Part shown: piece by piece, positions 58,019-64,000 of the stretch
Layout: each line of letters starts with the position of its first letter
Position numbering within the stretch: position 1 is the first letter of the stretch
NCBI GenBank assembly: GCA_023411795.1
Contig: JAEYOK010000027.1
Coordinates: forward strand, 62,609-126,608
Direction of reading: 5' to 3'
Source of the DNA: Bacillota bacterium
GTDB taxonomy: Bacteria; Bacillota; Clostridia; DSM-8532
DNA length: 64,000 nt
The notes under the pieces: model-generated
Seen by the model: the letters and a program-made list of their open reading frames with translations, nothing else
Database searches by the model: none
What the model was told of the DNA's origin: nothing
Translations under genes and position numbers: made by a program

Positions 58019-58556
58019 TCCGCACCATTCCCCCTGACCTTACAAATATGCTTGGCGCACTCGTATTTGTAAACAGTATCATATCCCGAATAGCAACGGC
58101 CATGGTCTTCCCTTTGTTCTTAACTTCGACAAAAAAAAGATCACCCATACCCATTTTGTAACGCCGTGATTTATCAAGCGGCGATGCTGTATTTATTGGA
58201 AAAAGCACCCCCATTATCTCTTCTTCGCCTATGTTTACATGGATAATTTCATGCTCTCCGGTAAAAGCCAACGTACCACCTGTTTGCTTGTATATCGGGG
58301 AAACAGATCTCTTTACGTGGGATAATCTAATTTGGTATAAGTTTCCCGTCGAATTTATTCGGTTTATAAAATCAGAATACTGGTTGGGTGTGATAAAACC
58401 CGTATCCCTGCAAATATCAGCGAACCGATTACACTCAGTGAGTACAACATTGTATGCGATATCATCCTGTCTTTCCAGCATGTTCAATAAAGGCACAAGA
58501 AACAATAATATTGCGCATAGCAAAAAGGCAAGGACCTTCCAAAGGGTCTTTTCCAT
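58005..58556 (-). CDS. Hypothetical bitopic protein of Tad-like operon (183 aa)
   Basis: N-terminal helix VLAFLLCAILLFLVPLL. Strong RBS AGGAGGGG. Confidence 0.55.
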   Translation of the reverse strand: MEKTLWKVLAFLLCAILLFLVPLLNMLERQDDIAYNVVLTECNRFADICRDTGFITPNQYSDFINRINSTGNLYQIRLSHVKRSVSPIYKQTGGTLAFTGEHEIIHVNIGEEEIMGVLFPINTASPLDKSRRYKMGMGDLFFVEVKNKGKTMAVAIRDMILFTNTSAPSIFVRSGGMVRNEAY

Positions 58557-58570
58557 AACCCCTCCTGATT

Positions 58571-58990
58571 TTATCTTGCTGAATAAATGACTTTGACTAT
58601 ATTACCTTGAGAATCAGTCTCGTATTTCACATCGTAATAGTCTTGTGGATCTATGTCGTTTAATTCCACAAGCTCGGCTTTTTTGCCATCAATCCATATT
58701 TCAAGCTCTTTTGCAGAAATTACATCACCGGCTCCATAAAGGGCTGAAAGTTCTGTGGCCTCCTGAATACCTTTTGCCTCTATCACCCTATGTATAACTT
58801 CGTTTCCTGTTAAACGAGACTGAACTTTTCCCTCAAAGATACCCACCATCGCATCTTTATCGTTAATATCCATGCTCTGATTTAAATAATCCATGTGCCG
58901 GTTATAGCTTGAGAAGAATACAGTAAATGCTGATGCAATTAATAGAACACCTATTGATATAGATAGAATCTTTTCAATATTACTATTCAT
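58571..58990 (-). CDS. Hypothetical bitopic protein of Tad-like operon (139 aa)
   Basis: N-terminal helix ILSISIGVLLIASAFTVFF. Tightly packed behind the upstream gene. Confidence 0.5.
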   Translation of the reverse strand: MNSNIEKILSISIGVLLIASAFTVFFSSYNRHMDYLNQSMDINDKDAMVGIFEGKVQSRLTGNEVIHRVIEAKGIQEATELSALYGAGDVISAKELEIWIDGKKAELVELNDIDPQDYYDVKYETDSQGNIVKVIYSAR

Positions 58991-58992
58991 AG

Positions 58993-59580
58993 CTATTCCA
59001 GTTGGGCAAAAATGACACCCCTGATTTTTAGGTTATCATCATAAATCAGATGAGAAATAAACTTCCCAGACGGATTTATATATTTTGAAGTAAGATTCGG
59101 GTTTTCCGCATCCCTTCTTGCCGCATCCATGACTGTTTTACTTTGGCTTGTAAGAAGGTTATTGCTTCCTGATGCCAGTGACATTATAATGCATCGGTTA
59201 TCCACCTTCAATGTACCATTTTTACCGGATATGTAATCAGTGTAACTTGCTTGCAAGCCCGTATTTGTATTACTAGACGGATCAAGATTAACCTGATTTC
59301 CTCCATTATTGCCTAAGGTGGCTACCATTATTATTACTTCACCGCTTCTTCCGGAAAAGGTTCCCAGGGCAGACAATACATCGTCTCCCTTAACCTCTTT
59401 TCCGTCGAACATTCTAAATTCCTCTTCGGTCAAATTCTGGGCTATGGACCCGACTTTGTCATTTGCGACACTGCTAACATCTTTCATTCCTCCAAAAATA
59501 CTTAGGCCTATTGTCACCACTGCTATAAAAAGCAGTATTGAAACGCCTAACCAGAGCGCCTTAGATAGATTACCTTCCAT
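58993..59580 (-). CDS. Hypothetical bitopic, pilin-sized protein of Tad-like operon (195 aa)
   Basis: N-terminal helix ALWLGVSILLFIAVVTIGLSIF, followed by a Gly/Asn/Ser/Thr-rich soluble domain. Strong RBS GGGAGG. Confidence 0.55.
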   Translation of the reverse strand: MEGNLSKALWLGVSILLFIAVVTIGLSIFGGMKDVSSVANDKVGSIAQNLTEEEFRMFDGKEVKGDDVLSALGTFSGRSGEVIIMVATLGNNGGNQVNLDPSSNTNTGLQASYTDYISGKNGTLKVDNRCIIMSLASGSNNLLTSQSKTVMDAARRDAENPNLTSKYINPSGKFISHLIYDDNLKIRGVIFAQLE

Positions 59581-59610
59581 AATCTCTACCTCCCAGTGGT
59601 TAATATATTT

Positions 59611-61644
59611 TCAAATCTGCATCAATTGCTTATAAAACGCCGAAATACTCTCCATCCCCGATACTATCATCGGTATTATCAGATATAGTACAATTAGCGC
59701 ATAAACAGGCATAAAGCCTATCATGTTGCCAAGATTCTTCTTTCTTTCTACTATTCTCTCATTGCTTTCTTTGCGACTTTCATGGTTAAAGCTCATCTCA
59801 TTTTCCAACTCTTCAAAAGCTCTTGCTACATCCAAATCCTCACTGGCGAGCTGAAGGTTATCTATTATTGATAAAAAAGGTCCAAATCCAACTTCAGATT
59901 TAAGCTGTTCCAATGCCTCGTACGAACCCGAGCTGAAGTTTTGTATACATTTTTGTAAAGGGACTTTAAAATGTAACGAAAAGGTTTCCATCCATTCCAG
60001 AATTTCTTGAACATGAACTCGGCTCATATGCATGAGCATTAAAATAATAGTTTGAAATTGAGAAACCTCATCCTCCATATCTATTTTTCTCGCATTGGCC
60101 ATGAAGCGGAGGCCCATGATAGGAGCATTATAACCAAGGACAGATAACAGGAAGCACACAAGCAGCTGCCACCACCAGAATATGTTATCTGAAAGCTTTT
60201 GCATCTTTAAACTAATTCTTTCAGCGACAATATTCATTTCCTGCTGGTAAATTGAACCCTCTTTTTTAATCTCTTCAAGGATTTTATCTTTGTCACTATT
60301 CTTGTCAAGTCTTAGGATAATCGTTCGGTCCATATCAGTTATGGTTTGCAGTTTTTTATATTCTTCCTCTGAGAGCTTTCCACCCAGATATCCCTCCGGT
60401 GTCTGCGGTTGATAAAGAATGACATACCTCGTATAACACATAAGGCCAATAAACAAGCAAATACCAAATATGAAAGACAGTGTTGCCATAATAAGCCTGC
60501 GGGTATAAAGAGTTTTTAAATTAAGCGGTGCCATAGCATTCTTAATTAATTGAGTCAAAGAATTCTTCTTTGACGTGTATCCTTTTGGAATCAACCTGTC
60601 CACCAACTTATGAAGAAACTTATCATATATCTGTTGCTCAAAGGATTTTTTTATAAAACCGGTATTAAAAGGCCTGTCAAACCGTTGAAGCCGACGTAGT
60701 GTTATATAGGATATAATTGATACTATAATTGTAGCTATACCAAGAATTATCCCTATCTTACTGGTATAAAAACTTTCCAGAGGTGTAAAGCTGTTTGCAG
60801 CCCAGTTTCTTAGCGGTTTGAGGAAAAACATCGGTAAGAGGGAGATCGTATTAAGGCTTTTCAATGCGTATTTTAACTTTTCACGTTTATAAATCTCTGC
60901 CTTGATTTCACTGCCAAGATAGGTAATACAACGTATAAAAACCGAGCTTTCCTTTACTTGAGTGTCACCATATTCCTTTGTTATATAGATGACCCCGGCA
61001 AGCATCTTAAAGTACTTATTTGGAGCAGTTTCATAGTATTTTTCCAGCTCTTCATCAGCATCTTTCGATGTTAGGATATCGTTAATTCTTTCAGCATGTA
61101 TATAAACCTCATAGGTTTCGCGCTTGTTAAGCAGGCTACAAGCTTCCAGATTGGCATCCTCCACAGATTTTTGTTCATAGTATTTATGTCTAAGTAACTC
61201 AAGATAACTTATTTGCTGTCTCAATAGCTTATTTTGAAGGTTGTTTATAAAAAGTTCTATTACTGTATCCCCAATAAAAAAGAGCAGAACAGTAAGCAAA
61301 ACCAGCATCAGTAAATCCTTTGTTATTACCCAAAAGGCTACAACTACGGTCAAATATAAAACTACTGTCGTGAGAAGCAAAACAACAGCTCGTTTTTGTA
61401 TAGTTTTCACATCTGATACAGTATGTATCTCCAGCCTTTTTCTTATGCTTATAAGCAGATTGTTTAATAAAGGAATAGATGATATTTTACTGTATAACGT
61501 AAGAATGAATGTAAAGTTTTTGGATTTGCTTTCACTTAGCTGCTTTCCACTTCTTTTTTGTCTTTTTGCCAACCCTATATTAGCAATTATCATCAGAACG
61601 GCAAGAACAAGACATATTAAACCGATAATTGTGTATTTATTCAT
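59611..61644 (-). CDS. Polytopic membrane protein with C-terminal T2SS-F (TadB/TadC)-like domain (677 aa)
   Basis: Multiple TM segments. The C-terminal ~180 aa (…GSYEALEQL…FLSIIDNLQLASE…KNLGNMIGFMPVYALIVLYLIIP) fit the GspF/TadC platform pattern. ATGA overlap with the ATPase gene. Confidence 0.6.
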   Translation of the reverse strand: MNKYTIIGLICLVLAVLMIIANIGLAKRQKRSGKQLSESKSKNFTFILTLYSKISSIPLLNNLLISIRKRLEIHTVSDVKTIQKRAVVLLLTTVVLYLTVVVAFWVITKDLLMLVLLTVLLFFIGDTVIELFINNLQNKLLRQQISYLELLRHKYYEQKSVEDANLEACSLLNKRETYEVYIHAERINDILTSKDADEELEKYYETAPNKYFKMLAGVIYITKEYGDTQVKESSVFIRCITYLGSEIKAEIYKREKLKYALKSLNTISLLPMFFLKPLRNWAANSFTPLESFYTSKIGIILGIATIIVSIISYITLRRLQRFDRPFNTGFIKKSFEQQIYDKFLHKLVDRLIPKGYTSKKNSLTQLIKNAMAPLNLKTLYTRRLIMATLSFIFGICLFIGLMCYTRYVILYQPQTPEGYLGGKLSEEEYKKLQTITDMDRTIILRLDKNSDKDKILEEIKKEGSIYQQEMNIVAERISLKMQKLSDNIFWWWQLLVCFLLSVLGYNAPIMGLRFMANARKIDMEDEVSQFQTIILMLMHMSRVHVQEILEWMETFSLHFKVPLQKCIQNFSSGSYEALEQLKSEVGFGPFLSIIDNLQLASEDLDVARAFEELENEMSFNHESRKESNERIVERKKNLGNMIGFMPVYALIVLYLIIPMIVSGMESISAFYKQLMQI

Positions 61645-63548
61645 ATCGCGACCTCTTTCTGCGTGTTAAAGAATTTGTCACAATAAGCATCAAAATCCTG
61701 AACATCCTTTTCAGTCATAGCTTTCTTCATCTTATCGGTTCTATCTGATGTTATGGTATTCACAACAACATAGCGGCCATCCTTGAATTCAATTATATTC
61801 CGGGGTTCAAAAATCCTATTGTCGCTCATCTTCTTAAAATATTCAGCCGAGGTATTCATGAACGACTTAGCTTTATCAGCCAGGTCCTCCTTTTCCCTAA
61901 ATTCCTGCGGCAGGGGATAATCAGGCAGCTCAACTATTTCAGTAATCCTTTCTATATACCGTCTTCCCTGATAATCCCTCACTAAATGAATATCAAAATC
62001 CAAAACTGAGACAACCTGCTGCTCAGCTATTTTTTCATTATTGAACATCTCACACTTAAGCAGAGAATTTCTGAGGGAATAGACCAAATCCCGCGTAGTT
62101 TTTGCGTGGTGCGTGAACAAGGTAAAAAGAGAGGCAACCTGAGACATCTGTATCATCCATGCAGCAACCGGATCGGTTGCCACCTCCCCCAATATGTTCA
62201 CACTACCGTCGGTCTTTTTTTGGATATCCAGACCTTGCTGACCCGATATGTTCTCTGTCTCCCTGAATGATAAAATGTTTCTACCCGGATACAGCCTTCT
62301 TAAATTAAGTTCAAAAGCCATCTCCTGAATACGAAGAGTCAATGACGCATAGATATGCTTTATCATTGCCATAAGCAAAGTTGTTTTGCCAGAACCCTGC
62401 TGGCCTGTAACAGATGTTATCATGCCACCTTTTACTATGTATTTTATTAATTCTATTGGCAAATGAGCATTCTCATCCTGTATGAGCATTTCGAGTGTTA
62501 CATTTTTAATGAAAAACTTACGTACAAAGAAAGCCCATGACTCGGAAAAGGGCGGCCTTACCACTAAAATACGGCTCCCATCCTTCATTTCGTTGACCCG
62601 GTAACCTGTTGATTCTGAGAGTTGTCCTCCGCGATTATATCTATATATTATCTGACAAACCCTTTTTAGCTCACTTTCGGACTCAAAGCCGAGAAAATCT
62701 AATTTAATAGACTTCCCCTTATAAAATATCCAGATGCTCTCATAGTTTCTTTTAATCCTTCCATTCGCTTTTGTGTTATCTGAAAAGCTATCGATTGTAT
62801 CCAATGACTCCCTAAAATCTAGCGGATTTATCGGTAAATCCTTTGTGGCTCCCGACACCCCACCGGATACTCCGTCAATATTCATATCCCTTATTTCATC
62901 AATAACACCTAGACCTTTGTACCGCTCGTAAACAGCCTGGGTAATTATTTCAAGGCGATCATCGTTGCTAAGTACAAGACCCATTCGATCAAAGATTTCA
63001 TCAATATCCTTCTTAGTAATAGTAAAAGCTAATTCTCCGTCTTCAGTTTCCATTAGCTTGTCCAACCCATTAGTATCAATAAAATGTGTCAGGGCATCAA
63101 AACCATATTCTTTTTTTAGCATATGAAGAATAATTGCAAATTTATCTCTTACCGGCAGAAGATAGGTATTGTTAAATGGAATAATTGTGTTAATTTTGTC
63201 CTGTGGTATATAGGAAAATAAAATGTCATAGATAAATGACTTTACAAACTGTTTATCCTCAACCGAGCCATGCATGCATACCTTAAGTGCCTTTTTAAGT
63301 TCTGCTCTTTTGTTAGCCTGCTTCCTAAACTCGACTTCATTAAGTCCCAGCTCAAATAAATTAGTTCTGGTAATCTCGTCTATGGAATCCTTCACATAAT
63401 CAATAAGAGAAGGTATTGAAAACAAAAGTGGATCAGAACCTTCATCAACCTCTCTCTGGTGCCTGGATGAAATAAAGAAAAAATAAACAGCAATGCCCAG
63501 CCCAAAAATAATCAATATAATAAAGACTTGGTTCATAAGTTCAGGCAA
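61641..63548 (-). CDS. Divergent CpaF/TadA (VirB11-family) secretion ATPase with N-terminal TM helix
   Basis: Walker A TGQQGSGKTT, then RIQEMAFEL (Asp-box position), NILGEVAT (Walker B position) and LFTHHAKT (His-box position). The N-terminal helix is VFIILIIFGLGIAVYFFFI. The start is uncertain: TTG at 63548 after GGGGAG, ATG at 63536, or GTG at 63578. Confidence 0.7.
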   Translation of the reverse strand: MPELMNQVFIILIIFGLGIAVYFFFISSRHQREVDEGSDPLLFSIPSLIDYVKDSIDEITRTNLFELGLNEVEFRKQANKRAELKKALKVCMHGSVEDKQFVKSFIYDILFSYIPQDKINTIIPFNNTYLLPVRDKFAIILHMLKKEYGFDALTHFIDTNGLDKLMETEDGELAFTITKKDIDEIFDRMGLVLSNDDRLEIITQAVYERYKGLGVIDEIRDMNIDGVSGGVSGATKDLPINPLDFRESLDTIDSFSDNTKANGRIKRNYESIWIFYKGKSIKLDFLGFESESELKRVCQIIYRYNRGGQLSESTGYRVNEMKDGSRILVVRPPFSESWAFFVRKFFIKNVTLEMLIQDENAHLPIELIKYIVKGGMITSVTGQQGSGKTTLLMAMIKHIYASLTLRIQEMAFELNLRRLYPGRNILSFRETENISGQQGLDIQKKTDGSVNILGEVATDPVAAWMIQMSQVASLFTLFTHHAKTTRDLVYSLRNSLLKCEMFNNEKIAEQQVVSVLDFDIHLVRDYQGRRYIERITEIVELPDYPLPQEFREKEDLADKAKSFMNTSAEYFKKMSDNRIFEPRNIIEFKDGRYVVVNTITSDRTDKMKKAMTEKDVQDFDAYCDKFFNTQKEVAI

Positions 63549-63999
63549 GCTTATTACTCCCCTCAACAATATATTCACACAACCGGTTAAATGAGTTTAT
63601 CAATATTTTTTCCTCAGAATCTTTTGCATTCTGATTAAAAGCTATATACTCAAATACCCTGCCAGTATTTAGGGCATCCATGAAGTGTACGCTATTCGGA
63701 ATCTCAAAGATTGAAGCCTTGTCGATTCCATATCTTCTGGCTATATTTCCAGAAGTCATATTCCCCCCTTTTTCGAATCGCGATAAGACATATGCTGACC
63801 GCTTCTGTTTCAGAAAAGGATATTCTCTTTGATATACTGCTAAATCCTCTAAAAGAAAAGAATTCTGGTTTATACAAAAAATAATGATATCCGAGCTCTC
63901 TAAAATTTTAAGGTTATTGTTTTCCTTTAACCCGCTGTGAACATCCATCAAAACCAAATCATAAAATTCTTTTGAGCAGTTAATTATACTTAATATCAC
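63541..63999 (-). CDS. C-terminal part of a ParA/MinD-like (CpaE/TadZ-like) ATPase; N-terminus outside window
   Basis: ORF is open to the window edge. DLVLMDVHSG resembles the Walker B region of the MinD/ParA class. Its position directly upstream of the CpaF-like ATPase is typical of Tad loci. Confidence 0.5.
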   Translation of the reverse strand: MILSIINCSKEFYDLVLMDVHSGLKENNNLKILESSDIIIFCINQNSFLLEDLAVYQREYPFLKQKRSAYVLSRFEKGGNMTSGNIARRYGIDKASIFEIPNSVHFMDALNTGRVFEYIAFNQNAKDSEEKILINSFNRLCEYIVEGSNKLA

Positions 64000-64000
64000 A

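Noticed and set aside
1-64000. Mobile elements, prophage, toxin-antitoxin or dedicated defence systems (RM, CBASS, Abi, retrons)
   Set aside because: I found no transposase, integrase or recombinase, no terminal inverted repeats and no nuclease/methylase pairs. RecD2 and ComFC are in conserved housekeeping synteny rather than a defence context.

Overview
Low-GC, densely coding chromosomal segment of Firmicutes/Clostridia type. I saw no rRNA, CRISPR array, transposase, integrase or prophage genes. Start codons were refined by eye from RBS context, and all functional calls come from motif recognition only, with no searches run. Layout: (1) 1-16.0 kb is a co-directional glycan/phosphodiester-decoration island. 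It holds an epimerase fragment, FkbM and class-I SAM methyltransferases, two LicD phosphotransferases, a TagB/F-like glycerophosphotransferase, a 1072-aa GT2-HAD fusion, TagD and a convergent IspD/TarI-like cytidylyltransferase. Its large proteins are assembled from a few shuffled modules, including a ~330-aa module of unknown function present three times. (2) 16.2-28.1 kb holds an MCP and then the late flagellar block csrA-fliW-flgL-flgK-flgK'-flgN-flgM-yvyF-comFC-recD2, in B. subtilis-like synteny. One FlgK paralogue carries a vWA/MIDAS-like insertion and the other a canonical EF-hand loop. (3) 28-47 kb is housekeeping: HD-GYP, metK with a SAM-I riboswitch, radA, cysS, cysE, coaW, an ECF S-component, a lipid kinase, a CysQ-like phosphatase, tRNA-Arg(CCT), an ABC exporter, argS, ddl and a GerMN lipoprotein. 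(4) 47.8-56.8 kb holds a TrxR-like flavoprotein lacking NADPH motifs, a heterodimeric ABC exporter and xylB-xylR-xylA. (5) 57.0-64.0 kb is a Tad/type-IVc-like operon with a divergent, apparently membrane-anchored CpaF-like ATPase and four bitopic proteins without prepilin motifs. Non-coding oddities are a structured 118-bp tandem repeat between HD-GYP and metK, a 12-bp x4 tandem array, and a duplicated 40-bp box upstream of flgN. The best candidates for something undescribed are the modular glycan island beside the flagellar genes and the atypical Tad-like operon.
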